Assembly (NCBI GenBank): GCA_002898235.1
Contig: BEIL01000003.1
Span: 2,264 to 66,263, forward strand
DNA: 64,000 bases
DNA from: a bacterium HR35
GTDB taxonomy: Bacteria > Patescibacteriota > Minisyncoccia > UBA6257 > HR35
Direction of reading: 5' to 3'
How positions within the stretch are numbered: the stretch's first letter is position 1; each line of letters begins with the position of its first letter. A program made the position numbers and the translations under genes. The notes below the pieces were generated by a model. That model saw only the letters and a program-made list of their open reading frames with translations. It searched no databases and had not been told where the DNA came from. Positions 47,769-57,800 of this stretch are shown here, in pieces.

Positions 47769-47799
47769 GGGCGGAGCAATTAACTCCGCCCTTTTCTTT
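47769..47799 (+). terminator. Rho-independent terminator (gggcggag / ctccgccc stem, 7-nt loop, T-rich tail).
   Basis: A GC-rich hairpin in an otherwise AT-rich intergenic region, seen directly. Confidence 0.8.
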
Positions 47800-47853
47800 A
47801 AGAAAATTTTGTTATAAAATTTAAAAGATTGAATATTCAGCTAAATTTAAAAG

Positions 47854-48927
47854 ATGAAAAGTTTAATCGAAGATTTGCTTAGAAATAACTTAAAAGAAAG
47901 AGAGGTTTTGATTATTAAAAAAAGATTTGGTTTAGAAGAGGATGAAGAACCTTATTCTTTGGAAGCCATTGGGAAAAATTTAGGCATTACCCGAGAAAGA
48001 GTCAGACAAATTCAAAACAATGCTCTCCAAAAAATCAAAAAAGCGATAAATGATAATCCGAAAATAAAGGATTTTATTAAAGAAGTAAAAAGCTTGCTTG
48101 AACCCCTAGGAGTTAGAGAAGAAAGAAATTTTTATAAATTGCTAATAGAAAAAAAAATAGTCCGAGAGAGAGAAATTAATTATTTAAAATTTATTTTTAT
48201 TAATCATCAAGAAATTCATTATCATCCTGAAGATAAAGATTTAAACAGCTTCTATGCTAAATCTGAAGATTGGGCATTTTTCTTTCGCCATCTCTTAAAA
48301 AAAATAACGATTTATTTTTTAGAAAATAATAAAGAGATTTTTGAAGAAAATAAAATTTTCGAAATAATTGCTAAAGAGTTAAAAGCTCACTTGGCTGATT
48401 TAGAGCTTCAAGATTATTATGAGATTTTGAGAATTCTCAAGCCAGTTTATAAAAACCCTTTTGGAAAATGGGGATTTATTACCAATCATTTTGTTGTACC
48501 TTCGTCTTTAAAAGAAAAAATTTTAACGATTCTTAAAATTGAGGGCAAACCTCTTCATTTTACTGAAATTTATAATAAAATCTCTCAAGTTAGTGAAATT
48601 AGCGATGAATTTGTTCATCCAGCTTGGAAGAAAAAATATTCACTTGATTCAATTAAAAATGAGCTTATCAGACATCCAGAATTTGTTTTAGTGGGAAGAG
48701 GAATTTATGGTTTGAAAGAATGGGGATTTAAAGAGGGAACAGCTTTTGAACTTCTTAAAGAATTTTTAGCTTCTAAAAAAGAAGTTGATTTTGAAGAATT
48801 GATTGAATTTTTTAAAAATCAGCGTTTTATTAAATTAACAACCTTGAATATTTATCTCTATAGGCTTTTAAAAAGTAGATTTATTAAATTTGAAAAAGGA
48901 AAAATTAAAGTAGTCAAAAATGCTTAA
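47854..48927 (+). CDS. Protein with an N-terminal sigma-70 region 4.2-like HTH fused to a domain of about 290 aa of unknown function.
   Basis: [52 protein letters not shown] versus this genome's own RpoD region 4, [50 protein letters not shown]; the 10-mer [10 protein letters not shown] is identical. Confidence 0.55.
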   Translation: MKSLIEDLLRNNLKEREVLIIKKRFGLEEDEEPYSLEAIGKNLGITRERVRQIQNNALQKIKKAINDNPKIKDFIKEVKSLLEPLGVREERNFYKLLIEKKIVREREINYLKFIFINHQEIHYHPEDKDLNSFYAKSEDWAFFFRHLLKKITIYFLENNKEIFEENKIFEIIAKELKAHLADLELQDYYEILRILKPVYKNPFGKWGFITNHFVVPSSLKEKILTILKIEGKPLHFTEIYNKISQVSEISDEFVHPAWKKKYSLDSIKNELIRHPEFVLVGRGIYGLKEWGFKEGTAFELLKEFLASKKEVDFEELIEFFKNQRFIKLTTLNIYLYRLLKSRFIKFEKGKIKVVKNA

Positions 48928-50257
48928 TTTTATAAACTATTTTTTATCTGATTTTATTAATCTTTTTTTAAATTTTTGGTGGTTAGTTTTACCAGTAATC
49001 TCAACCTACCTTTTTATTGAAAAATACCATCAAGATAAAATAAAAACGTTTGTTAAAGAGAAACTTAAATACAAATTTCTAGAAATTACTTTTCCGGAAG
49101 AGTCAATTAAAAATCCAAGATTAATGGATGAAGTTTTAGCTTCTCTTCATTCAACAGCTACTAAGTTTTCTTCTTTAAAACAATTTTTTACCGGTTCTTT
49201 TCCCTTAGCTTATATTTTTCTTTTAGAATTTCATGATAAAAAAATCAGATTTTTTATTGGTGCTTCTGAATCTCTCTTTCAATTTATTAAAACTTCTTTT
49301 TACAGCAAATACCCAGAAATAAAATTTAAAGAAAGTGAAACGCCACTTAAAAAATTTGATTTTAATCTACCCAATCCTCTTTTTGATGGTCTAATGTTTG
49401 ATGTTTTACCAGAAAACCCTGATTTTGTAATTTTAAAAACTTATAAAAATTTAGAAAAATTACCGCCAGAAGAAAGAATTGATCCAGCTTCTGTTTTTTG
49501 GGAATTAAAAGAAGCTATTTCTAACAAAGAATGGCTTTATTTTATCATTTTTGCCTTACCAGTTTTAGCTGATGATCCTATTTTAGGAAAAAATTGGGTT
49601 GGAGTTTATAAATCTATAATAGATGCAATCATTGGAAAACCAAAACCACCAGCTCCTAAATCATTTGATTATTATCTTCATGAGTTTTTTAAAAATCTTT
49701 TGGCTGAATTTTATAATATTTTTCTTGGTAGTTTTTTTAAAGCAGAACAGCCAATTGAATGGACACCAATTAAACCTCAACCAGCTCCACCTTTTGAATT
49801 TAATATTGGAAAATTAACGCCTGAACAAAAAGAAATTATCGATTTGATTTTAGAAAAAATTAAAAAACCAGGCTACTTAGTTAAAATTGAAGTTCTTTAC
49901 TTAACTCAAAAAATCAATTTTGAAAAAACTAAAAGTTATATTCCTTCTTTAATCCTTTCTGCTTTTAAAAATTTTACTTTTGAAAATTTAGGCAAAATTA
50001 AATTAGAACCCTTTTTTAAAATTTCTTCAACTGAACCACTTTACCAATTTAAAAACTTTCTTTTAACCTTAGCAAGTTTTGATAGTTTAAAAAAACACAA
50101 GGCTCTCATAATTAAAGCTGTTAAATTGACTAAAGATATAGCAGCTCCTAAGATGAAGTTTATTTTAAATACAGAAGAATTAGCGACTATTTTTCATCAC
50201 CCTTTAAAAATCGAAAGTAAAAGAAAAGAGGAATTAGAACCATCTTTCTTAAGCTAA
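48920..50257 (+). CDS. Hypothetical membrane protein (N-terminal TM), translationally coupled to the flanking genes.
   Basis: N-terminal TM helix FWWLVLPVISTYLFI; 8-nt overlap with the upstream gene; no motif recognised. Confidence 0.3.
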   Translation: MLNFINYFLSDFINLFLNFWWLVLPVISTYLFIEKYHQDKIKTFVKEKLKYKFLEITFPEESIKNPRLMDEVLASLHSTATKFSSLKQFFTGSFPLAYIFLLEFHDKKIRFFIGASESLFQFIKTSFYSKYPEIKFKESETPLKKFDFNLPNPLFDGLMFDVLPENPDFVILKTYKNLEKLPPEERIDPASVFWELKEAISNKEWLYFIIFALPVLADDPILGKNWVGVYKSIIDAIIGKPKPPAPKSFDYYLHEFFKNLLAEFYNIFLGSFFKAEQPIEWTPIKPQPAPPFEFNIGKLTPEQKEIIDLILEKIKKPGYLVKIEVLYLTQKINFEKTKSYIPSLILSAFKNFTFENLGKIKLEPFFKISSTEPLYQFKNFLLTLASFDSLKKHKALIIKAVKLTKDIAAPKMKFILNTEELATIFHHPLKIESKRKEELEPSFLS

Positions 50258-50269
50258 AATTATTTAACT

Positions 50270-51766
50270 ATGGAAGAAAGAATTATTTTAGGTAAAATAG
50301 TTTATCGAGAAAGAGAAGAATATTTTTCCTTAACTAAAGAAGATCGACGAAAACATTTTTATGTTATCGGAAAAACTGGAACAGGAAAAACAACTTTGCT
50401 TTTAAATATGTTAATTCAGGACATTAGGAATGGTGAAGGTGTTGGTTTTTTTGATCCCCATGGCGATGCTTTGCTTAAGCTTTTAAAATATATTCCTCAA
50501 GAAAGAATTGAAGATGTTGTTTTTCTTAATCCGGCCGATTTAGATCATCCTTTTGCTTTTAATCCCTTAGAAGATGTTGATTATTATAAAAGAACTTTAG
50601 TTACTTCAATGATTTTGTCTGTTTTTAAAAAAATCTGGCAAGATGCTTGGTCGGCTAGAATGGAATACATTCTTCAAAACTCAATTTTAACTCTTTTAGA
50701 ATATCCTGGCTCTACTCTTTTAGATATTAATCGACTTTTAGCTGATGATTCTTTTAGAAAGAGAGTAGTAAGTCAACTGAAAGATCCAGTAGTTAAAGCT
50801 TTTTGGGAAAATGAATTTGATAAATATCACCTTCAATTTAGAACAGAAGCGATTGCGCCAATTCAAAATAAAGTAGGTCAATTTATTGCTAATCCTCTTT
50901 TAAGAAATATTATTGGTCAAAGAAAAAGTACTGTTGATTTAAGTGAAATTCTTAATGAAGGGAAAATCTTTTTAGTTAACTTAGCTATTGGTCAAATAGG
51001 AGAAATTAGCGCCCAGCTTTTAGGAGGACTATTAATCAATGCTCTTTATTTAAAAGCAATGGAAAGGGTTAATATTCCTGAAGAAGAAAGAAGGGATTTT
51101 TATCTTTATATTGATGAGTTTCAAAATTTTGCTACCGAATCTTTTGTTAATATTCTTTCGGAAGCAAGAAAGTATAGATTCAATCTTATTTTAGCCCATC
51201 AATTTTTAGACCAACTTGATGAATCTTTAAAAAAAGCTATTTTAGGTAATGTTGGTTCAATGATGGTCTTTCGGGTAGGAACAATTGACGCTCAAATTTT
51301 CTTTGAAGAATTCGAAAGATTGGTTTCTTTAGAAAGTTTTCTTAACCTTCCTAGTTATTATGCTTATGTTAAAATTCTTTATCAAAATAAACCTCAAAGG
51401 CCATTTTTGGCTCAAACACTTCCTTTAGAGACAGAACCTGAAGTTAGTTATCTTGATGAAATTCTAAGTTATAATCATCTTAAATATTCAGCTCCTAGAG
51501 AAATAGTTGAAGCTCGAATTAGAAGAATTTATTTATCTTCAAAAAAAGAAGATTTTCTAATTTGTCGTCTTTGTGGAATTCAATTCCCCAATGATGAAGA
51601 TATTGAAATTTGCCCTAATTGTCGTCAAAGAGCTTTTGTTAAAGGAATTAGTTTAAAAGAATTAGCCAAAAAAAATTTTAGCGTTAAAATAAAAAAAGAG
51701 GAAAAAAATAAAAAGGTCGATCTTGATTCAATTTTAAAGAAATTAGAAGGAAATGAAAGTCAGTGA
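50270..51766 (+). CDS. TraD/TraG/VirD4-family (type IV coupling-protein-like) P-loop ATPase, soluble form with a C-terminal zinc ribbon.
   Basis: Walker A VIGKTGTGKTT; a Walker B / TraG-D_C-like block YLYIDEFQNFATESFVNILSEARKYRFNLILAHQFLDQL; a C-terminal CRLCG...CPNCR ribbon; no N-terminal TM helices. Confidence 0.45.
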   Translation: MEERIILGKIVYREREEYFSLTKEDRRKHFYVIGKTGTGKTTLLLNMLIQDIRNGEGVGFFDPHGDALLKLLKYIPQERIEDVVFLNPADLDHPFAFNPLEDVDYYKRTLVTSMILSVFKKIWQDAWSARMEYILQNSILTLLEYPGSTLLDINRLLADDSFRKRVVSQLKDPVVKAFWENEFDKYHLQFRTEAIAPIQNKVGQFIANPLLRNIIGQRKSTVDLSEILNEGKIFLVNLAIGQIGEISAQLLGGLLINALYLKAMERVNIPEEERRDFYLYIDEFQNFATESFVNILSEARKYRFNLILAHQFLDQLDESLKKAILGNVGSMMVFRVGTIDAQIFFEEFERLVSLESFLNLPSYYAYVKILYQNKPQRPFLAQTLPLETEPEVSYLDEILSYNHLKYSAPREIVEARIRRIYLSSKKEDFLICRLCGIQFPNDEDIEICPNCRQRAFVKGISLKELAKKNFSVKIKKEEKNKKVDLDSILKKLEGNESQ

Positions 51767-52310
51767 TTTAGCCAAAGGAGATCATTTGAAATTAGAAGGA
51801 AAAATTTTTGAAGTTGTCGAAATTAAACATTCTCATTTGGGCAGAGGCTCAGCTAATTTAACTTTAGTTTTAAGAAATGTTCAAACTAATCAACGGATTG
51901 AAAAAACCTTTAAACCCGATGAACAAATTGATTATTTGGAAGTTGAAAAAGAAAAATTGGTTTATAGTCATCGAGACAGTCAAAATTTTTATTTTAAAAG
52001 AGATAGCCAGCTTATTTCTTTGCCAACTAAACTCTTTGAAAATTTAAGTAAATTCTTAAAACCGAACTTAGAAGTTTTAGGTTATTTTAGCGAAGATGAA
52101 GAACTTCTTTGGGTAGAGTTGCCTAAAATCGTTGAATACTTAGTTGTTGAAACTGGACCTGACTTTAAAGGAAGTACAGTTCAAAGCAGTTATAAGCCAG
52201 CTAAAATTGAAACTGGCTTAGAAATTAAGGTTCCTTTTTTTATTAAAAATGGCGATTTGATAAAAGTCAATACTGAAACTGGAGAATACGTCGAAAGGGT
52301 ACAAAAATGA
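51753..52310 (+). CDS. efp: Elongation factor P (Arg-type loop).
   Basis: 185 aa, three-domain EF-P layout. The loop HSHLGRGSANLT aligns with E. coli FVKPGKGQAFAR, so the modified Lys34 position is Arg. Confidence 0.75.
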   Translation: MKVSDLAKGDHLKLEGKIFEVVEIKHSHLGRGSANLTLVLRNVQTNQRIEKTFKPDEQIDYLEVEKEKLVYSHRDSQNFYFKRDSQLISLPTKLFENLSKFLKPNLEVLGYFSEDEELLWVELPKIVEYLVVETGPDFKGSTVQSSYKPAKIETGLEIKVPFFIKNGDLIKVNTETGEYVERVQK

Positions 52311-53938
52311 AACTCGATGAACTTCAAAATAAAATTGACATTCTTGAGGTGGTTCAAAAATATGTCAAGCTCAAACGAGTAGGCAAATATTATGCTGGTC
52401 TTTGTCCTTTTCATTCAGAAACTAAACCTTCTTTCTATGTTTCTCCTGAAAGGCAGATTTTTAAATGCTTTGGCTGCGGCGAAGGAGGAAATGTAATCTA
52501 TTTTTTGATGAAAATTGAAAATTTAAGTTTTCGGGAGGTTTTAGAAAAACTTAAGGAAGAATATGGTTTAGAAATAGATAAAATTTCCCAGTCAAAAATT
52601 TCTTCTAAAATTTTAGAAATAAACTATGCGGCCTTAAAATTTTTTCGCCAACAACTTAACACTAACTATCTTGAAGCTAAAAATTATTTAATTGAAAGAG
52701 GATTAACTCAAAAAACAATCGAAGACTTTGAATTAGGTTATTCACCTGGGGGGACAAGTCTAAGAGACTATCTTTACGCCCAAGGTTATTCTTTAGAAGA
52801 ATTAAAACAAGCTGGGCTTTTAGATGAGAACAATTTTGACCGGTTTCAACAAAGAATTATTTTTCCTTTAAGAAATGAGAAAGGTGATTTAGTTGGTTTT
52901 ACTGGTAGGATTTTTCCTGAAAAAGAAAAAGCTCCTAAATATCTCAACACTCCAGAAACTGATGTTTTTAAGAAATCAGAATTTCTCTATGGACTTTTTT
53001 ACTCTAAAGATTATATTTATTCCCAAAAAGAAGCAATTATTGTTGAGGGTCAGATTGATTTTCTTTTAAGTTTTCAAAATGGCTTAAAAAATATTGTTGC
53101 TGTTTCTGGTTCAGCCTTAACTGAAACTCATTTAAGAAAAATTAAAAAATATACTTCCAACTTAGTTTTAGCTTTTGATAATGATGAAGCGGGTTTTAGG
53201 GCTTCATTGCGAGCTAATCTTTTAGCTCAGAAATTAGATTTTCAAGTTTATCAATTGATCTATGACGAGAAAGATTTGGGTGAATTTTTTAAAAACAAAA
53301 GAGATTTAGCTGAAATCAAAAAAATCTACTTTCTTGATTATCTTTTAGAAACCTTAGACAAAAAATTTGGCCAGGGAAATAAAAAAACTTATCTTGAAAT
53401 TTTTTTACCTCAAATCCAAAACCTAAACCTTTCTGAAAAAGATAAATATTTAGATATTTTGTCCCAAAAATTAAATATTCCTAAAGATTTTCTTTTTGAA
53501 GAATTAAAGAAAATGCCGGCTTCTTTAACTTTTTCAGAAGAAGAAAAAATAGTTCCTGTATTGGATTTTGAAAAAAACCTATCTTTAAAAGCTGTTAGTC
53601 TTATTTATGCTTTCAATCTTAATGTTTTTGAAGAGGAATTTATTCCTTTTTTGAGTGAAGAAGCTAAAATTATTTATCTTAAATTTAAGGAAAATAATTT
53701 GACCTTTGAAGAAATAGATGAATTAGAAATGAGAAAGAGATTTTTTGAAGAAACTAGAATTAATCCTCAAAAAGAATGGGAAAAAACTCTAAAAGAGTTA
53801 AAAAGGATCTATTATAAAAAAACCATAGAAAAATTAAAAGAAGAACTGCGGTTTAGCTCCTCAGAGAATTATGATAAAATTATTCAAGAAATCAATTATT
53901 ATCTTCAAGAATTAAGAAAAATTGAAAAAAATGGCTAA
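52307..53938 (+). CDS. dnaG: DNA primase.
   Basis: Zinc-binding [13 protein letters not shown]...CFGCGEGGN, a TOPRIM region (EGQIDFL...DNDEAG); ATGA overlap with efp. Confidence 0.85.
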   Translation: MKLDELQNKIDILEVVQKYVKLKRVGKYYAGLCPFHSETKPSFYVSPERQIFKCFGCGEGGNVIYFLMKIENLSFREVLEKLKEEYGLEIDKISQSKISSKILEINYAALKFFRQQLNTNYLEAKNYLIERGLTQKTIEDFELGYSPGGTSLRDYLYAQGYSLEELKQAGLLDENNFDRFQQRIIFPLRNEKGDLVGFTGRIFPEKEKAPKYLNTPETDVFKKSEFLYGLFYSKDYIYSQKEAIIVEGQIDFLLSFQNGLKNIVAVSGSALTETHLRKIKKYTSNLVLAFDNDEAGFRASLRANLLAQKLDFQVYQLIYDEKDLGEFFKNKRDLAEIKKIYFLDYLLETLDKKFGQGNKKTYLEIFLPQIQNLNLSEKDKYLDILSQKLNIPKDFLFEELKKMPASLTFSEEEKIVPVLDFEKNLSLKAVSLIYAFNLNVFEEEFIPFLSEEAKIIYLKFKENNLTFEEIDELEMRKRFFEETRINPQKEWEKTLKELKRIYYKKTIEKLKEELRFSSSENYDKIIQEINYYLQELRKIEKNG

Positions 53939-55016
53939 AAAATCTTTAAAAATAGATAAAAAGATTAATGCTAAAATCAATTATCTTATTAAGAAAGGGA
54001 AAGAAAAGGGTTTTATTTTAGAAGATGAAATTTTAGATTTATTTCCTACAATTGATGAAAAACTTGAGCTTTTAGAATATATTTATGAAAGATTAGAAAC
54101 TGCTGGAATTGAAATCCAAAGCTCGAATAATCGCTGGGAATTAACTAAAGAAGAAATTGAAAAATATCTAGGTCATGATGATGAACTGATTGATGCTACT
54201 CAAAAATATTTAATGGAAATCTCCCGCTATCCCCTTTTAACTCCAGAAGAAGAAAGAGAATTGGCTAAAAAAGCATCTCAAGGAGATGATGAAGCTCGAG
54301 AAAGATTAATAAAATCAAATTTAAGATTAGTTGTTAGTATTGCTAAGAAATATTTAGGCAAAAGTCGGGGACTTACTTTTTTAGATTTGATTCAGGAAGG
54401 TAATATTGGTTTAGCTAAAGCCGTTGATAAATTTGACTGGCGTCGAGGTTTAAAATTTTCTACCTATGCCACTTATTGGATTCGGCAAGCAATTACTCGA
54501 GCTTTATCTGATCAAGCTCGAACTATTAGATTACCTGTTCATATTATTGAAACTTTTTATAAATTAAATAAAGTTAAAAAAAGATTAAGTAGTATTCTTA
54601 ATCGAGAACCAACTCCTGAAGAATTAGCTTCAGAAATAGGCTTACCTACAAATAAAGTTCAAAAACTCCTTAAATATCTTCATGATACTATTTCTTTGGA
54701 AACACCTATTGGTGATGAAGGTGATGCTTTACTTAAAGAGTTAATTCCTGATTTAAATACCGAAACTCCAGACAAAGTAGCAGCTATAAGCGTTTTAAAA
54801 GAACAACTAAAAAAAGCTATTTTAGATTTAAGTCCCAAAGAAAGAAAGATTATTAGCTTGCGTTATGGTTTAGAAGATGGAACCGAACATACCTTAGAAG
54901 AGATTGGAAGGATTTTTGGAATTACTCGCGAAAGAGTAAGACAAATTGAAATTAGAGCTTTAGAAAAACTTAGAAATCATCCATTAATTCTTAAAATTAA
55001 AGAACAAGAGTTTTAA
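53922..55016 (+). CDS. rpoD: RNA polymerase sigma factor RpoD (primary sigma-70).
   Basis: Region 2 [16 protein letters not shown]...[16 protein letters not shown], region 3 and region 4.2; the classic dnaG-rpoD arrangement. Confidence 0.9.
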   Translation: MKKMAKKSLKIDKKINAKINYLIKKGKEKGFILEDEILDLFPTIDEKLELLEYIYERLETAGIEIQSSNNRWELTKEEIEKYLGHDDELIDATQKYLMEISRYPLLTPEEERELAKKASQGDDEARERLIKSNLRLVVSIAKKYLGKSRGLTFLDLIQEGNIGLAKAVDKFDWRRGLKFSTYATYWIRQAITRALSDQARTIRLPVHIIETFYKLNKVKKRLSSILNREPTPEELASEIGLPTNKVQKLLKYLHDTISLETPIGDEGDALLKELIPDLNTETPDKVAAISVLKEQLKKAILDLSPKERKIISLRYGLEDGTEHTLEEIGRIFGITRERVRQIEIRALEKLRNHPLILKIKEQEF

Positions 55017-56107
55017 TGTTTTATCGGAAATATCGACCAAAAAATTTCAGTGAGGTAGTTGGCCAAGAAATTGTTATTAGAATTTTAAAAAATATGATAA
55101 AAAGAGGTGAGATTTTACATGGCTATCTTTTTGCTGGTGAACGAGGAACAGGCAAAACCACTGTAGCCCGAATTTTTGCCAAAACAGTTAATTGTCTTAA
55201 TCCTCAGGAAGGAGAAGCTTGTGAAAAATGTCAAATTTGTAAATTATGGAACGAGGGTAAGTTTTTAGATATTGTCGAAATTGATGCTGCTTCTCATAGA
55301 AAAATCGATGATGTCAGAAGTCTTCAAGAACATATTGGCTTTAAACCTCTTCAAGGTAAATACAAGGTTTTTATTATTGATGAAGCTCATATGTTAACCG
55401 AAGAAGCTTTTAACGCTCTTTTAAAAACTTTAGAAGAACCACCAAAGCATGTAATTTTTATTTTAGCTACCACTGAACCAAGTAAAATTCCCCCAACTAT
55501 TCTTTCTCGGCTTCAAAGATTGGATTTTAAAAGAATTTCTCTGCCTCAAATTGTTGAAAAACTAAAAAAAATTTTAGAAAACGAAAAAATCGATTATGAA
55601 GAAGAGGCTTTATATTTAATTGCTGAAGAGGCTGAGGGTTCTTTAAGAGATGCTGAAACTTTATTAGAAAAAGTAGTTATTAGTTTAAATCCTGAACCAA
55701 AAATTACTCAAGATTATGTTGCTGAATTTTTGGGTCAAATTAGTACTAACAAGGTTTTGAATTTTTTAGATAATCTTTTAGACAAAAAAACAGATTTAGC
55801 TTTAGAATTTTTACATGATATTTACAAAAACGGCTATGAAATATCCAGTTTTTTAAAATCATTAATTAAAATTTTAAAAGAGATTATTTTTATCAAAGTT
55901 AATAAAAATTTTGCTAAACATCTCTCCAGCGAAAGATCTTCTGAAATAACTGATAAAATGATTGAAATTGCTTCTAAAGCTGATTTGGAAACTTTTAAAA
56001 AACTTTTAAGACTCTTTTTTGAAGCTGACTCTCTTTTGAGAAAAGAACCACCTCATCCTCTCCTTCCTTTGGAAATAGCTGTTATTGAGTTCGTTAGTTT
56101 AAGGTGA
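55016..56107 (+). CDS. dnaX: DNA polymerase III subunit gamma/tau, short form (363 aa).
   Basis: FYRKYRPKNFSEVVGQE, Walker A GERGTGKTT, a zinc module CxxC...CxxC, and SRLQRLDF. Confidence 0.8.
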   Translation: MFYRKYRPKNFSEVVGQEIVIRILKNMIKRGEILHGYLFAGERGTGKTTVARIFAKTVNCLNPQEGEACEKCQICKLWNEGKFLDIVEIDAASHRKIDDVRSLQEHIGFKPLQGKYKVFIIDEAHMLTEEAFNALLKTLEEPPKHVIFILATTEPSKIPPTILSRLQRLDFKRISLPQIVEKLKKILENEKIDYEEEALYLIAEEAEGSLRDAETLLEKVVISLNPEPKITQDYVAEFLGQISTNKVLNFLDNLLDKKTDLALEFLHDIYKNGYEISSFLKSLIKILKEIIFIKVNKNFAKHLSSERSSEITDKMIEIASKADLETFKKLLRLFFEADSLLRKEPPHPLLPLEIAVIEFVSLR

Positions 56108-56152
56108 TTTTTATGCTATAATTTTAAAGGTAATTTTAATTATCTTTAATTT

Positions 56153-56226
56153 TGGGGGGTGGTGTAATGGTAGCACAAGGGACTTTGGATCCCTTGGTCC
56201 TGGTTCGAATCCAGGCCCCCCAGCCA
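56153..56226 (+). tRNA. tRNA-Gln (anticodon TTG), with CCA encoded.
   Basis: Manual cloverleaf: acceptor tgggggg/cccccca (U1-A72 as in E. coli tRNA-Gln), anticodon loop ctttgga, T-loop ttcgaat, then gCCA. Confidence 0.75.
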
Positions 56227-56233
56227 GATAAGT

Positions 56234-56659
56234 TCAAAAAAGACCGTTTTTCTGGAATAAAACACTTTTTACTAATTTATCAGCTCTTTGGTTTTCTTCT
56301 CGAGGAATAATCTTTATTTCAATTTCTCCAAAATCTATTTTTAGGTTCCAAAATTGAATAAAATATCTTTGAAGATTTTCTTCTAAAATTTTATACTCGC
56401 CTCTAAGTTGCTTCCCTACTAGCTCGCTATCTAAATGAAGAATAATTTTATAATTTTTTATTTTTTCTTTACCTAAAAATTTTTTTATTTTTTCTAAAGC
56501 AAAAATAACCGCTTCATATTCTGCTTCATTATTAGTTTTAATCCCTATTTCTTTAGCGTATTCTTTTATTTTATCTTCAAATTTAATAATAACACCAATA
56601 GCTGATTTTCCTGGATTATTAAGACTACCGCCATCAGTATAAACAAAAATTTCTTTCAT
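56234..56659 (-). CDS. rnhA: Ribonuclease H (RNase HI-type, short).
   Basis: YTDGGSLNNPG...NNEAEYEA...REENQRADKL catalytic DEDD-type motifs; 141 aa. Confidence 0.7.
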   Translation of the reverse strand: MKEIFVYTDGGSLNNPGKSAIGVIIKFEDKIKEYAKEIGIKTNNEAEYEAVIFALEKIKKFLGKEKIKNYKIILHLDSELVGKQLRGEYKILEENLQRYFIQFWNLKIDFGEIEIKIIPREENQRADKLVKSVLFQKNGLF

Positions 56660-57774
56660 TTTTCGAAAATCGGTAGTTTCTCAGTAGCTAAATATTCTAA
56701 CATCGCTCCACCACCAGTCGAAATAAATTTAAATTTTTTGAGAAGTTTTTTTCTTTCTAAAAAACCTAAAGTATCTCCTCCACCAACTAAAATAAAATTG
56801 TTTTTAAGAGAAGCTAAAAATTTAGCTAAATTTAAAGTTCCTTTTTCGCTTTCTTTTTTTTCAATTATTCCAAGTGGTCCATTCCAGATGATTATTTTTG
56901 CTTTTCTTAATTCCTTAAAAATATTTTCTAAATTAAAAACATCAATAATTTCATCCTCTTTATCAATTTCTCCTAAGTTTTTTATTTCAAGCTTGCCATT
57001 TCTATCTTTAACCTTAAAACTAAAAGGAACTAATACTTTTCCGCTTCTAATTTTTTTAATTTCTTCTATCATTTCTTCTTCGACTAAACTTTTGCCAACC
57101 TCAAAGCCTAAAGCTTTAAGATAAGTATTAGCTAAACCTCCTGCTAAAAAAATTAAATTAGCTTTCTTTAAAAATTTCTTTATTAAAGGCAATTTAGTTG
57201 AAATTTTAGCTCCTCCCAAAATAAATGCTGAGTTTTTTGATTTTAAAACTTTATTTAAAAGTGTTATTTCTTTTTCAAAATTAAAACCAAAATAGGTTGG
57301 TAAAAGTTTAGGTAAAAGATAAACAGAAGTATGTTTTCGATGACTAACAGAAAAAGCGTCATTAACAAAAACTTCTCCTAAGCTGCTTAATTTCTGTGCA
57401 AAGTCTAAATCATTCTTCTTTTCTTCCGGCCAAAACCTTATGTTCTCTAATAAACTAAACTTTTCTTGGGAAATTTGATTTAAATCTTCTAAAAACCCAA
57501 TTTTAATCTTTAATACTTTTTGAATTAAAGGCAAAATCCTTTTAAGAGAATATTTTCCTTCTTTTCTTTCTGGATCATTGAAGTGGCTAATTAAGATAAC
57601 TTTTTTTGCTTCTTTTAAAAAATTAATTGTTTCTTTTATTGCTTCAATTCTGTATTTTCCATAAAAATTTCCGTTTATTTCTTCTAAATTAAAATCAACT
57701 CTTAAAATTACTTTTTTATCTTTGATTTTATCTTTATTAAGTCTTAAAAGCTGTGTGTTTTTAAGTTTTATCAT
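56656..57774 (-). CDS. pgk: Phosphoglycerate kinase (short, 372 aa).
   Basis: N-terminal ILRVDFN...RI and a C-terminal ISTGGGAMLEYL, as in PGK. Confidence 0.7.
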   Translation of the reverse strand: MIKLKNTQLLRLNKDKIKDKKVILRVDFNLEEINGNFYGKYRIEAIKETINFLKEAKKVILISHFNDPERKEGKYSLKRILPLIQKVLKIKIGFLEDLNQISQEKFSLLENIRFWPEEKKNDLDFAQKLSSLGEVFVNDAFSVSHRKHTSVYLLPKLLPTYFGFNFEKEITLLNKVLKSKNSAFILGGAKISTKLPLIKKFLKKANLIFLAGGLANTYLKALGFEVGKSLVEEEMIEEIKKIRSGKVLVPFSFKVKDRNGKLEIKNLGEIDKEDEIIDVFNLENIFKELRKAKIIIWNGPLGIIEKKESEKGTLNLAKFLASLKNNFILVGGGDTLGFLERKKLLKKFKFISTGGGAMLEYLATEKLPIFEK

Positions 57775-57800
57775 CTCTTGCGGGCCTTTTTTATTTTTGT

